DNA of 64,000 nucleotides from Phallusia mammillata. Lineage: Eukaryota. How positions within the stretch are numbered: the stretch's first letter is position 1; each line of letters begins with the position of its first letter. Below, piece after piece: positions 12,601 through 26,420 of this stretch. The notes under the pieces were generated by a model. That model did no database searches and was not told the origin of the DNA. It saw only the letters and a program-made list of their open reading frames with translations. The translations under genes and the position numbers were made by a program. Location: positions 8,494,001-8,558,000 of the forward strand of contig OZ281495.1 in NCBI GenBank assembly GCA_965637545.1, in the 5' to 3' direction.

Positions 12601-15600
12601 ATTTATAGGAAAAAATAGGCTATTCTATGACATACAGCAATGTAGACATAATTTTTTTTTCTGACACCATTTTATCGTTTCTATAGCCTACATTGTGCAT
12701 GTTTACGAATTCCAAATAGACCAGTTTTAATTTCGTTTTACCTTGTAAGATTGAAAATCCAGATTCTATAGTTGACATATTGTGCTGCAACGTTTCTAAA
12801 CACAAAAGTTACAAGTCATTTATAGTTTCCTTGTAAAATATGTTTCGTGGTCTGTAGGCCCATAGCTTTTACTATTTAACTAATGTTGATAATTTTTCAA
12901 CGGTATGTGAGTAAAGTGTATTAAAGCATTTAGTCAAGTTAAAAGCAGGACCGGGAAAGTATTTAGGCGACTAATTACGCCTGTCGATTGAGGCCATATA
13001 GTCAACGGATATTCGAATAACAGAAGTAGCCTAGTTTGATTTATTCACTCGTTGTTTCACTAAAGGCAACCACTATGTCACATTTAAATGTAAAAAAGTT
13101 GTGTTTGAAAGCCACAACTGCGCACATGACTCAACGAAGTCGGGTAGTGACCCAATCTAATAGATTTAAAGAAACCGAAAATAAAAAGGAAAACAACTCT
13201 TGTATTGCAAACACGGAAATGTGCATCGCAGAGTTTTCAACATGGCAAACTTGTGCAGGAATTAATATTTTCGTGGTCTTGTTAATTTCCGGGAAATATT
13301 TGAAAGGAACAAATCCAAAAGCTCCATTCGCAGCTGTTTATGTCGTGAAATTTTTGGCAAATAAGATTTGCTTTTTGTTCCCTTCAAAACAACGACAACA
13401 CTAAAGTCAAACTACATTGCTCTAAACAAGAGGAACCTAATTAAACTAAGGACATTGACTTTACCACGTGGAAATAACTAAACAATAAGTAATCCAGCAG
13501 GAGAAACAGAGTTGTTTGTCGGGTTAGGTTTGGGCGCGTGTTCACGCTTTTATTGATTGTTTTTCTTAACGAGGATCAAAATGTAAACAAACAAACAATT
13601 GCTTTTAGCTTGCTACAGTGCCTACAAAATGCATGCACCCAGTGTTGTGTTTTGTTTTTGCTTGTTGTATGTAATTCAAGAAAGCATATTAACTTAATTT
13701 TCTGATGCTGCAACTTTTCAAGTCGGTAGTTTAAGATTATTCATTTTACGAAACCTGTTGTGTGAATTCATTGTGTCGACGGGTCATATGATAGCCGTGA
13801 CCTTTTAGCATTACGTCATTAGGGTTCGACTCTTACTGATGAAAGTGAAAATTGTTGTTGACAACGATCAGACCAATACCGACTGCAAAAAATGTAGCTA
13901 CACGATTGCTCTAACAAATCAGCAAGCTGGTAATAGCTGCGTCATGTTAAAACGTTATGGAGTGCAAACTATGGAAAGGGAATTTGGTAAATGACGGATA
14001 CATGTTATTGAGTAGAAGTTTGTCTATCTGACCTAGATAACTTGAATGTTGCTCCTGGATTGATTCCAAACTGTTTAACAGCGAACTTAGATTTCTCTCC
14101 AATTGACCTAAAATTTCGATTAAGTATTAAATTGTGATATTGCAAGCCTTTTATTATTCGACAACTCTAAAGTTTTGTCATGATAACTAGGCCATCCCAA
14201 TAAAGGTTTACCTTCGAAAGCTGTCAAAGTTGTTTGAATTGATTCAATGTTGTTGTTTGTGGTGTTGAGCCGTGGTAGGCAGTTTGTATTCATTGCTGGA
14301 CGAAAGAGGCATGTTAAGTTAATTTTAAATATACGGCAATAATGTGAAAATATCGTGAAACAATGCTTGGATCTTATTAACAAGTTCACCATCTAACATC
14401 ATTGACCAAACAGCTACAATGTCAAAGAGTGTTTAAGATAAATTTTTAGTTGAATGCAAGAACATGAACAGGAAGAGACCGTCTTAACTGAACAAAAACC
14501 CGACTTACCACGCCTCTTCGTGTCATCAGTCTTGCAGTTTGCCCTTGTCAGAGTTTTTATTTCCAACCAGGTTTCTGAAATAATTACAAATGTTGAAATC
14601 AATATGTGGTATTTATTAATCAAGCGATAGATAAATTATTTCCTATTCTTTCCAAGGTCCTTTGGAATAGGTCTGGTCTTCCTTTTCCGATTTTTAACTT
14701 TTTTTTCTTATGACACAACCATTTTACCTTCGTTCGTGGTGTGTTGGATCAGTAAAGCGTTAACATTGTTTGATATCGAGGTAATGTTGTGCTTTAACTC
14801 TCCTGCAAAAACAAAAACCGTTGTAGCCTTTTATTGGGCATTTATTTCTATTTAAAAATGGATGTGCTTTTTCTATCTTACCTTTCAACAAATTAAAACT
14901 ATTCTCAACAGATCGACTTTCCATGGTTAGAACGTTGGTTTGTTTCGCCAAGTTGGTTTGCAAAGCTGAAAACACGAACAAGTTATTTAAGCTAATTGTC
15001 GGTTTTCGGTTGACCCTTTACTTTGGGTTCACATGTGTCCAATTTGAACACTGTATCGTGGCATTCGCAATAAACCGTTAGTTGAAAAATGTAATTGGCA
15101 CCGTAAGAGCAAGATGCTATAGTGCAATCCCCATTATTTGGCCCAACAAACTACTTTTACAGTATTTTTTCAAATTAAAGGGTATGTTTCGCCTACAAAC
15201 ATAACCTAAAGTTCGTTGACCAACCTATTTATGCCAAATACCCAGAGGCAAGCAGCACAGGTGCCAAGGCTAAGGAGTCTGAGTGTGGTCTAAAGGTGAC
15301 CATGATATACATTCGAGTTGTTGAAAATTAAATAATAAACAACATTCAGATAAAATTACTAACTTATATAAAGTGTCTTATGTAACAAACAATTCGGACA
15401 TTGTTTGATAAATTTATTTATATTTTGGCCACCAAAGTCTAAAGTCAACTACAACGTATAAGTGTTGGTTAATACATAACAAATGATCGTGCAATAAGTA
15501 ATTGTATCCTCTTGTGGCGTCTACTTCCGGAATTGATTGAAATGCTGGGAGAGAAAATAGGCACGGCCCTCATTTCTTTTTTTACCCAAGCACTCCAATA

Positions 15601-18600
15601 GGCAAGTGCCAAATATAATTTCTTTCTTGACTCTCACATTTACGCTTACTAAAGTAGTTTTTTTTGTGTTTACAAATCAGGTAGATTGAATCCGTGACAG
15701 TTAAACATTTGTTTTTTTTGACTAGAAAATTATATTGTTGTTTGGAAACACAGACAGTAATGTTTACAGCTTAATCGAAAGTAAAACTTGTAATTAAAGA
15801 CATTGTAATTTTTTTATTCTAAACAATCCATGGTTATTATGAGTGCAATTTGTTCGTGATACCATTATTCGTTGTATAGTTACATAACGGAAGGAGAAAC
15901 GTGACGTAAGCGCTGACGTCATACAACAACAAAAGGAGTCAACTTCATTACCTTGAAGATATTTCTCTGAAGTTGCTGTAGTTTGAGAGATATTTCCAAG
16001 TGTTTGAAGAATCAAATTCGATTGTTCATCTACGATTTGTAGTTGTTTGGTGAAATTGAAAGACACATTTTGCATCAAACTCAATGTTTTTGCCGTGTAT
16101 AATTGCTGCATTTGATCTAAAGAACCAACAGACGTACAAGAAAAGTAACTTTTAGGTTTTATGATGAAATTCGAGTCAAAACAAACCAGAAAAGTGGGAA
16201 AAAACGAGTCACAAACTTGAATGCATTCATTTAATATCATAAATTTCAGTTTTTCAATACCTTTCTGATTTTTTCTTTCGTCTGTTAGAATTCTTGCGAT
16301 TTCAGTGAAGTTGTGGTGCAAAGTATCTTGAAACAGAGACAAATTGAAACAACTCGAAGAAATTTGTTTTACGAAACAATTAATACACAGCAAGTTATCA
16401 TTTAAGTTAGTTTACCTTTCATCTCACGCAAATCTTTTGAAACTGATTGCAAGTCGCAGCTGGAGTTGGTTAAACTATTCTGAGGCAACTCTATGAAACA
16501 AATCACTTTGACTAATTCGCGTAACTAATGTTATTGGCCTATAGAGTTGCGAACTTGTAACACGAGACATGACGTTTCAGGGCTTCCTCGATTATTCGAT
16601 CCTCGTTTTACCGTCATTAGGGTCGCAAGACAATGTCGTAAAATATAAATTGCAAAGCTTCATACTTTCGATTTTGTTTTAAATTGCGAAACTATTTCAT
16701 ATATTTTTTATGTTGAAAGGTAGAATTGGCCAAATCGTTTTACCTGTCAAAAAAAGCATAAAGTATGGTTTAATGCAATTGTCTGTTTTGCCTATCCTTT
16801 TTTTTGAAAAATGTAAAGTACAAACTAAAATAGATAATTAAGGAAGCACTTGTATTATAAAATAAGTTTCGAGTTTCATGCAAGTTTCAATTATTTTTAA
16901 CAGATTTTCTGACACAGGTGTCTACACATTCTCACGAAATATTGTAACATACAAAAAAATGTTACCTTTCGTATTTGTGACACTGCTTTCAAGTCTAGCC
17001 AAGCTACCAATAATAACGGACAGGTTGTGTTGAACTTGGTCTGAAAAATTGCAGAGTGATTGGCAGTCGGCTATTTCGCTATAACCAGTTTTACCCACTT
17101 AAATCAAAGTATAGTGTATATAATATCCAACAAACAAAACAATTTAGTTCAATTACCTCCTTGATTCTCTCTTCTGTTTAACATGCCGAAAATTTGAGTT
17201 AGGTTGTGGTGTATAATATTTTAAACACAGAAAAATATATATGGTTTTTGTTTATGTATATTAATACGATTTTGTTACCTTTTATGTCGCGCAAGTCCAT
17301 TTTAACTGATTGCAAATCGCGATTTGAGTGGGCTAATCTTGCCCCAATTAATTCTGCAAAACAAAAGACTTTTACAAATTAGGGGACAAATAACACAAAA
17401 TATCACAATGTTGTGGAATATGCATTATTGGTTTCTTGAATTTAGTTTTCACAGCTAACTACTAACATCAGTATGCCGAACTTTTCAATGGTATTGTACC
17501 AGATCAACGTTAGACATCAATACGATATTTTTTTTATCTTACCTTCTGTGTTTCTTGAAGCGTTTTCTAGTCTCGCCAAACCGTCAACAATCGCCGTCAA
17601 GTTGTGTTGAACCAAATCTGAAAACGTAAATGCTGACCAAATTAAACTGAAGAATAAATTAATTTGATTTTGTTGCTGGCTAAATTTTCCGAGTTGCAAG
17701 CGGTTCTAAATCCTTTTTTTAAAATAAAGCCCAAATTAGACTTAATTGTAATCATAAAGGTAAAAAACGACACAAACGTGACGAGGGTAAAGCCATGACC
17801 GACTCAAGCCCGTTTTATTCAAACATACAACTCGCTAGTCTAGGAAAGCTACAGTTTAAAATGTTCAACCAGGCCCCATAGAATGAGCAGACAAATTAAT
17901 GCAATCAGACTGAAGAGAAGGTAAAACAATAACTACTTTGAATTTTGGAATTTTGATTTAATAAGCTTTTGAAATCATTCTCATTTTTCGCATGTCCATC
18001 TGTACATCGCCTGTAAAGTGGAACATAAGCAACAACGTTAAACAAGAACGAAACGGTTCATTGCATTTTTAAAACAGTTTATTTGTACGACAATATTTTC
18101 ATTTCTATATTTTTAAATCTCTGTTTGTAAAAGATAATTGCATTTTTTTTACTTTTCACATGAAATGTGGACTAAGTGATTCAAACAAGAGTCAAATGCA
18201 TTTAGATCTCATACTTTTCGGGACTTTGAATTGATCATTAAAAGAAGATCCAGAAAGTTGTTGATTTGTGAATGATGGTTGTATATTTTCTCTTCTGATT
18301 TCTGCTTTCACTTTGGCAGAAATCTAACAAGTTAAAGCAAACATACTTGAAATGAATGCGATTTTAGTCTTCTTTGTAAACAAGTACATGACGTTTAAAT
18401 GAACTTGACCTACACTGCTGTGATTTAAATAATCTATTCAAAAGAATTTTCATTTTGATGTAACCAGATATTCACCATATACCCTAACTTTTTTGAGCTT
18501 AGCAACGTGATGTGCAACTATTTCCGGTTTGGCTAACGTGCTGCTACGTTTTCTAAACGAAAACAAAGTTAGTTCAAAACGAAAAAAAAATTATGATGTA

Positions 18601-19274
18601 ACCACAAAATTCTTTGCATTCCTTAGAATGACAATGTGCCAAAAAATGTTTGTAACATTTCGCACACGACTAACTAGATTTCCATCGTATAACTAAAATG
18701 AGCTTATACTTAGATTAAACTTCCATACACTCATACCGAAAAATAAAGAGCTACAAATCCGACAGCAAAAATCAAGATCAGGGAAAGAAGACACAACCAC
18801 ATCAGCTTTAGATTTCTTTGGACACTTTTTAATGCTTCCATCAGCTTCTCTTCGCGTATTTTGTTGTTTTCCATCTCGCAAATGTCTTGATCTGTTTCTG
18901 CAAACCATACGACGAAACTGGTTTATCAAAAAAAAATTGGAATTTTAAATGAGTTTGAACTTGTAAAACCAAAAATTATTTTAACATACGTCTTTAAAAG
19001 GCCAATATTTCGTTTTCTTTATCCTATGTAACAAATATTGAAAAGAGTGGGGTGTATTGGAAAACAGGTTCTTTAGAAACTATTTTGTACAAAACAAACT
19101 CTCAGTTCTGTGACTCAAGATTTATTAAAAATTGAAATTTGATCCGTTTGAACTTAATATATCTTCGGCATTTCTACGTTATATCTTTCTTCCAGGTGGA
19201 TTAAAATATTGCTCCGTACCGTTTTGCAAAAACTCCATCGGAAATCCAGGCGGGTCATTTTCCGAACTAGTCAT
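9624..19274 (-). CDS. G1: type II membrane protein (cytoplasmic N-terminus, TM, N-glycosylated coiled-coil stalk, unrecognised C-terminal domain), about 570 aa
   Basis: 17 phase-consistent exons: 19220-19274, 18737-18897 (TM LMWLCLLSLILIFAVGFVALYFS), 18215-18323, 17543-17617, 16966-17040, 16261-16326, 15952-16116, 14882-14965, 14509-14574, 14212-14295, 12742-12795, 11999-12162 (..YDGGDDMYDTGNK), 11050-11145, 10553-10708 (GNLGADGSG..VYGTDDPSII), 10138-10271, 9853-9945, 9624-9699. Total 1713 nt, open to the stop. The 11999-to-11145 junction is the least certain. Confidence 0.8.
10346..10373. repeat. (TA)n microsatellite
   Basis: Run of TA dinucleotides with one interruption. Confidence 0.9.
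11394..11707. mobile_element. hAT MITE in a G1 intron
   Basis: Ends CAGGGGTTTCCAAACT / AGTTTGGGAACCACTG. TSD TGCTAACC at 11386-11393 and 11708-11715. Confidence 0.92.
12186..12480 (-). mobile_element. Non-LTR retroposon (SINE or LINE 3' end) with AATAAA-(ACTCA)n tail
   Basis: Reverse-complement match to 57690-57960. Ends in CGAAATAAACTCAACTCAACTCAACTC. Other copies lie at about 8085-8190(-), 23890-24140(+), 40940-41060(+, partial) and 59040-59350(+). Confidence 0.75.
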
Positions 19275-21414
19275 TGTAAATCTCAAATTGCTACGTGTAC
19301 AGCTTACGATTCTATAAACCTCGCAGTACCTAACAACTTATTACAACAGCTAAATAAATTTTCGACTTAGTTACAGCGTGTCCTGCTTTATATAACTACT
19401 GTGTCCTAAGAGTTTTTCTGCTTCAGTGTAAAAAATGCAACCTCAGCAATTTCTGCACCCCGGGCATTTCCTGTAAATCATACAATCACGATTTCTGCAA
19501 TAGATGAAGTTTACATTCGGCGGAGAGTTTTATGACTTTGGCTCTCTGTTGCCAATTAGTGTCAGATTGCCACCACGAAGCTTCTTTAAGAGAACATTTT
19601 AAAAAGGGTTATTTGTACCCTGCAGAGTTCTAAGTAGGACCGGGCTTTTCAGGCCGGGTTCAGGCTTATGTTTCTTCAAAAAAACAGGTTTGATTCGGGC
19701 CTGATTTACACTCTGTGTCAGTGTGCTTTATTGAATAATTTTTTTGGAATAAAAGCTAACTAGCCAGTTGCTGGACCTGCCCTAATTTCAAACGGCCTTA
19801 AAACGTCTTGTTCGTGACCAGTTGTCTATTATTGTCGTTTCTGAAGCTTCAGTATGTAGGGTTGTCAACCAAACTTTCGGACCTAAACGGGTTTCTCAAA
19901 ATCGATTCAAGTTCGGGTATCAACTTCAAGTCCGTTTACAACTCCAGTACCCAGATAAATTTTAAGTGCGTTTGTTGCTTGTTTATCAAAATGCATCTAC
20001 ATTTCATTTACCATGTGAAACATTATGAAAAACAAAAATATTTGTGCTTGTTGCGACCTAATTATTAATATGTTTGCTTTATTGCAGTAACAGGCGACCA
20101 AAACCGCAACTTGGGGAGAAGCGTGACCTGACACTTTGTGATTCGTTAAACTATGTTAAAATTATTGCAATCGAAAATCTTTCCTCAGCATTGAGCAAAC
20201 CAGACCCAATAAATCGGACTGTACTTTTCAAGTCGGGTGCGGGCTCAGTTTGAGCCGCATGTTATGCGCTCCTGTTTTAATAACTTTAGGCCTCTAATGC
20301 CCATAGTTAAAAATTACCAAACAATCTCTGCAACAATCATGCCGACTTTGGCCTGGAACGGTTAAATGGTTTTTCAGTTATACGCAATAGTTTTTTAATG
20401 GGCCTTGTTAGCTGCAGGTACCTTAAGAATTCCCAGTTTAAGACTACAGCACCTAAGTGTTTTCTAGCGTTGGATTATAAGTTATTCAGAAAAAAAAACG
20501 GCCCAAATATAAAATAGCGCTTGTTTCGCACATTTTTAATAATTTTTGTTATGTAACTCAAGTGTTAATAAACCGGTGTAACTGATGGCCGCTCATATCA
20601 CTAATGGTGGCATGGGCATTAGCCGAAATGTTTGATTAATAAAGCATGTTGCTTTTTAAGCGTATAAGGGCCGTTATTTTCCCACACTAAATGTTTTCAT
20701 ATATAACTGTTTGGAACGGTGCCATGGTTATGGTTTTTGGCGGGTTGTCGAATATGAATAAACTTATTGGAATTTACTACAAAAGATAAAACACTAGGCT
20801 ACAAACTCAATTTCCTGTCAATCTACCTATCTCTGGATCGGCTGAAAGACTCCTTTCACAAAGTGTTTAGTTACTTCATGTTGCTTTGTTTGTGGATTGC
20901 AAACGCATACATTCACTTTCCCAATGAATGAACAATTAACGTATCCCTAAGCAAAACCTCAACATTGTTTTTTTTTACAAACTTTAGTTTACAGTTCGTT
21001 GCACAATGGACAAAATTTCGTTGTATAGCTTCAGTCATAAAGAAAATCATATACTTACGGTTTAAAAAAATGTTATTTATTCGAGTAAGCTAAAACTGCT
21101 GGTAGCTAAGATGAACATATTACAACTGCTTTGTGTCAGTTTACAGTTTGTTGCACAATGAACAAAACTGCAACAAATTTAGCTTCAGTCATAAGGTAAA
21201 TAAAAAGCTGGTAGATCATGCTGAACATGTTCATTATTTTATGTTCAGCTTTGAAGCGTTCATTAGACCAGCAATCGATGATCATCAGAACGCCATTAAT
21301 TCCTATTACAAATGTTGTATAGAATACAACCAGCCTCCAAAGCATAACAAAATCAGTTGGATATTATCAAATATCGTAAAGTTTTTATTTTTTGTTCACA
21401 AAATTTCTTTAATC

Positions 21415-23440
21415 TTATTTCACCCCATACATCTCTTCAGAGCTGAACAATTCTTCTTCGACGATCTTGATTTGGTAAACTTGGTTGGCCCCTCTTCCTC
21501 CGAGCCCATCTTTTTCACACCTTAGACTCGGTCCATACATTTTGTAGCTTTCATCATTTCCACCCCAGCATTCTCCTCCATTCTGCAAACCTATCAGCTG
21601 AAAACCTTGCTTGTAGGCGACTTGTGTACACTTGGCTTTGGACATGTTGCGAAGCCAGTAATTGTCATTCAACAGCACGTCGTTTAGCCTTATCAGTGCA
21701 CGATCGTGTTCATCTGTCCAGCATCCCAAATCGGTCAAATGTACTGTACAACAAATAGCCTGGTAAAGTTGTTTTCAGCTTCGAATGTTTGTTTGACAAA
21801 AAAGGGTAGAAAACGGTTGTGGTTGCAAATAAGTTTGTGCAAAACTTTATAACCAGGTTAATGTAGACGATACGCATTCGGTTGCAGTTTTAAGCAGCTC
21901 ACGGGGACCTAAATACAAAACTAAATATGGGTGGTCTTGATTACCACAAAAGTGTTGCCTATATCGCTAATGATATAACTATATATCAATGGTTCCAAAC
22001 CCCTGGGCAAACTCTTTACTATATACTAAGAGCTGTAGACAACGCTACATTAAATCAAATATAAGTTACAGTGAGCCTGACATGAAAGCGTCCCTCTGTC
22101 AAAATTTAACACTTTTTTCAACGTTTCCACCATGAATGATATTCAATGTTAGTTTCTGGGGGAAAAAGGCAAACCCCCATCACAAATTTCGTAGCCTATA
22201 CAATTTATATTTCCCTAAAAAAATATTTTTTTGGAAATAAAATAAAATAAAGGGTTGCCACTACAGTCCGTTAGTAACATGGCCAATAGCGACGAAACCA
22301 GATATATACCCTACCCTTGGCAACACTGATAAGCCGGTATACTTGATTAGCTTGTGGTCCACCCTTTCCATCAGGCCTGCAGTCTTTAGATGTTCCGTAC
22401 TTTTGGTATCTTGAACCAGCATTGCAAGCAGTCGAGCATTTTCCACTTTTCTGCAAAGCAAACGAAGTGCTAGCTTCTAAAACAGCAGCAGAACAACTAA
22501 GTTATTGTTATCTATCATGATCTTTCTGTAGTTTTTAACAGTCATGCACCAAAGGGTCATTTCACAGAAACATTTTTAGCCAATGTCATTTGTTGGTGTT
22601 TCGGTTTAACCAAAACTTTAAAAAAATGCGCCCAAAGCAGGACTCTTTGAATGCAAGTAAGATGTTTGTTGTGTCATGAACGAGTTTCCTTGCATTAGCA
22701 ATACTGTTCTGTTCAAACTTTTTCCCGCCATTTTCAAATTATGGAAGATTCGGCAGAAATTAGGCTAGGCTATTTGATACTCGGTTTCGGCCCGAACGTT
22801 TTGCATAGGTAGCGGTGCATTACTTCCTTTTACTCTTGTGTTTTCCCAACCTGAAAGCTGACAAGAGTAGCCAAGCTGACAGCTGATAAAGCTATTTTTA
22901 TCGAATAGCCCTGTCGTTTAAAAACACTGTATCTTGTCATTAATTGCTATACCGATTAGCGACGATAAAAATCTATGGATTGAACAAGTTTGAATATACA
23001 CAACATGTATTTAGAAAAAATTGTAGCCTAGGTACCTTTATGCCAAATATGTTGCTTGAAATATTAGCTGCTACTCTAGCACATTTGCTGATCGCCAGTT
23101 CCCGTTCTTCGTAGTTTTCTTCGCTGAGTAGTGGACTGTCCTCTGCGTAAGCGATCGCATTAATTTTGCGTTTATCCGCCCAGCATCCAAGATCTTTGTA
23201 CGCAGCTAACAAAAAGCACAGAACTGTTGGGTTTTGAACTGATACCGCACATACCGCTCTCGCTCATTTAAAAAAAAATGCTGCTAAAATATCAGGTTTG
23301 ATGGTTCAACCGATTATACGATTACAAATTTGTTTGGACTTTTGCTTACCAGCGTAAAAGTCTTCGGAACTTGCATTAGTACTTACAAACAACACTGCTA
23401 TAGAAATCATACTCCACATTATCGTTGACGCTAATTCCAT
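21415..23440 (-). CDS. WSC gene A: secreted protein with two WSC-like domains, 241 aa
   Basis: Exons 23350-23440 (signal peptide MELASTIMWSMISIAVLFVSTNA), 23036-23205, 22315-22450, 21415-21743; 726 nt, open. Each domain has DLGCW.D, a helix Cys (KCA/KCT), [IL]Q..G.C and YG.S..C..DG.GG..ANQVY. Confidence 0.88.
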
Positions 23441-24670
23441 CGTTAGCAACTGCGTTAAAACGTTTCGACTTTTGAAAGTAAAACATGAAGCTATTGACTG
23501 CGAACCTGCAAATGTCGACACAACGTAAAAAGTCGGAATGAGTCATTTATTTTATAATGTGTTACCTAAAACCGGGTCCGCACATTAGTCAGGATATTAT
23601 AAAGCAATTATCACTTGTTATCGCAGTTGAAAAGTTCATGTTTTTGAATAGACTTGTCACAGTCCCCGAATTGTTAGGTTTCAGCTTACAAAATAAGTGA
23701 ACTATTAACCTCCTACAACGATTGGTAAATAAGGTCATGGCTGTGCTTCTGTTGTTTTGGTGTATATCTTTGGCGAAAAAAACTCAAACTCAATCCATAT
23801 CATAGTCATTTTACTACAGCAGGCTTCGTAGACAAGACTTGTGTTTCTAGATATTATTTCTCTTCAAATGTTACTTAATAAGCTACTTTTTCTGCATAAA
23901 ACCACACCCTCTTTTCCCTGGCCCTAGTGGTTCGTTTCTAGGGCCCACTCGACTAGTTCTACCAACGTTTCCTTTCCGAGTCGTGTTTTACTCACATTCA
24001 CTCTATAATGAGCGCCCATCACATAACGCTTCATAATACTGGATATCTGCAGCGCGTATGGCCATTATCCACCAATGTGTCCTCCACTGTTTTGCCCTCC
24101 ATAATTGCGCAGCTATTTCCGCCAGGCGAATAAACTCAAAGAGATAGTGGTAGAGCTACCAACTCAATTTCTGTCAATCCACCTATCTTTAGGTCGGTTA
24201 AAAGACTCGCGCCACAAATTGTTTAGTTACTTCATGTTGCTTTATTTGTGGATATAAAGTGTCGAACCTTCGCTGTCACAACAACATGCACAACCTATCC
24301 CTAAGTAGTAAGCAAAACCTAAGCAATAACTTTTTAATAAACTTAATTTACAGTTCGTTGCACAATGTTTTGTGGCTTCAGTCATAAAGAAAATCACTTA
24401 CTTAAGGTCTAAAATACTGTTATTCAAGCTTAAAGTGCTCGTAGCTAAGATGAGCATAACATTCAATTTACTTTGTGTCAGCTTTGAAGCGTCCGTGCAA
24501 ACCAGCGATCACAGTACACTCAATAATCATTGGTACGTCATTCTTATTTAAGACGATTTATAGAATAGGCCAGCCCCCCAACAACAACAACGACAGTTTT
24601 GATGTCATCAAGTGTTTTAAAGTTTTATGTTTTTTCTACAAGTTGTTCCAATTTACCTGTTGATCTTATT

Positions 24671-25815
24671 TTACTCTAGAGCTAAATCTTCTTCGACGAT
24701 CTTGATTTGGTAAACTTGGGTGCCCCAGTTTCCTCCAAGCCCATCTTCTTCACACACCAGAATCGGTCCATACATTTTGTAGCTTTCATCATTTCCACCA
24801 AAACATTGTCCTCCATCCTGCAAACCGATCACCCGAAAACCTTGCTTGTAGGCGACTTGTGTACACTTGGCCTTGGACATGTTGCGACGTTTGTAATTAT
24901 CATGAAGTAACACATCGTTTAACGTTATCATGGCACGATCTGATTGGTCTTCCCAGCATCCCAAATCGGTCAAATGCACTGCACCAGAAAGAGTTTGATT
25001 TTGCGATTGGTAACCAATTTTGAATAGTATGTTTACTGTATACGAAAAAAAAAACATTGTTTAGTTAAGCACTTTACCCCTAATACTTATTCTACGTACT
25101 GCGTATTTACTAAAATCAATACAAGTAGCTTGTGGTCCACCCTTTCCATCAGGGCTGCAGTCATCGGATGCTCCGTACATTTGGTATCTCGAATTAGCAT
25201 TGCAAGAAGTCGAGCATTTTCCACTTTTCTGCACAACAAACAAAGGTGACATATCCTGCTGCATAAATAAATACCACGAGATATTCTGAACAACTATAAA
25301 GGGCAACGTATAGCTACGATCTTGAAACCACGACTGTACTGACTTCCCTATGTATTACCTGTATGCCAAATATTGTGCTTGAAATATTAGCTGCTACTCT
25401 TGCGCATTTGCTGATCGCCAGTTCCCGTTCTTTGTAGTTTTCTTCCATGAGTAGTGGACTGTCCTCTGCGTTTGCTATGGCATTAATTTCACGTTTGTCA
25501 GCCCAGCATCCACGATCTTCGTATGCAGCTGAAAAGCAAGATAAAAGATTTTCCGATTTTTATCACTGAAATTATCTCACGAACAAGTTTAATATTACTA
25601 AGCCTTTATAACAGAAGAAAAGATCTTATAGTACACCAGAAATTCAAATGCCGTGCAAACCACGCTAACGTTGTCCATTACCAACCGTATTAAAATAAAA
25701 ACTAAACATTGCCGTATCTATCTTTCGATATATACCTACCGACGTAATAGTCTTTTAAACTTGCATTGGTAATTTGAAATGAGACCGTCATAGAAATAAT
25801 ACACCAAACTAACAT
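24671..25815 (-). CDS. WSC gene B: paralogue of A with an internal deletion at the end of domain 1
   Basis: Exons 25740-25815, 25359-25528, 25078-25228 (ending at a presumed cryptic donor), 24671-24978. The upstream ATG seen in B' is ATA here, so the next in-frame ATG is used. Confidence 0.7.
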
Positions 25816-26166
25816 TGTTACCAATTCTATCAATGAAACTTAACGGTTTTTAAACGTTTCAACTTTACACAGCAGCTAACTGCAAATGAATTGTTGCAAA
25901 TTTATTACAAAACAGCGCAATTAAATAACACTGAGTCATACTGTGTCACCTGAAACCGAGTTTAAGCATGAGTCGGCATTGTTGTTTAACATTTAATTCT
26001 TTTATCGCAGAAATACGAGTAAATAACGTAGCTAACAACTATAAATAAAATTTTAAATGTCACCAGTTGCAACCGATGTTTTAGGTCAGGGATACACATC
26101 CTTTTTATCCTTTCTGACCACAATATATTGTTCTGTATTTCGTCATTGGTCGCCAGTGTATCTAAT

Positions 26167-26420
26167 CAGAGTTGCAAGTCGGGCCGGGTTCGGGCCGGGT
26201 TCGGTCTTAGGTATTTGTGAGAAAACGCCATTGTTTTTTAAATTGTCTTTGTTGTCTTTCTCTTTTTTCTTTTTCATCCTTTGTTGCAAGGCTTTCGTGG
26301 ATAGGCCTGTCAATCAAAATTTCGGGCCTAAACGGGCTTTGCAAAAATGTTTGGGGTTCGGGTTCGGGCCGGGCCGGGCTTCGGGCTTATATATTTGGGC
26401 TCGGGCCGGGTTCGGGCTCA
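26167..26420 (+). mobile_element. Dispersed repeat family with CAGAGTTG terminus and CGGGCCGGGTTCGGG subterminal repeats (probably hAT-derived)
   Basis: Related copies at about 19623-20270(+), 37480-37910(-) and 46680-46910(-). TSDs and exact ends not resolved. Confidence 0.6.

Noticed and set aside
15794-16393. 199-aa ORF as a standalone gene
   Set aside because: It is two G1 stalk exons (16261-16326, 15952-16116) plus stop-free intron sequence.
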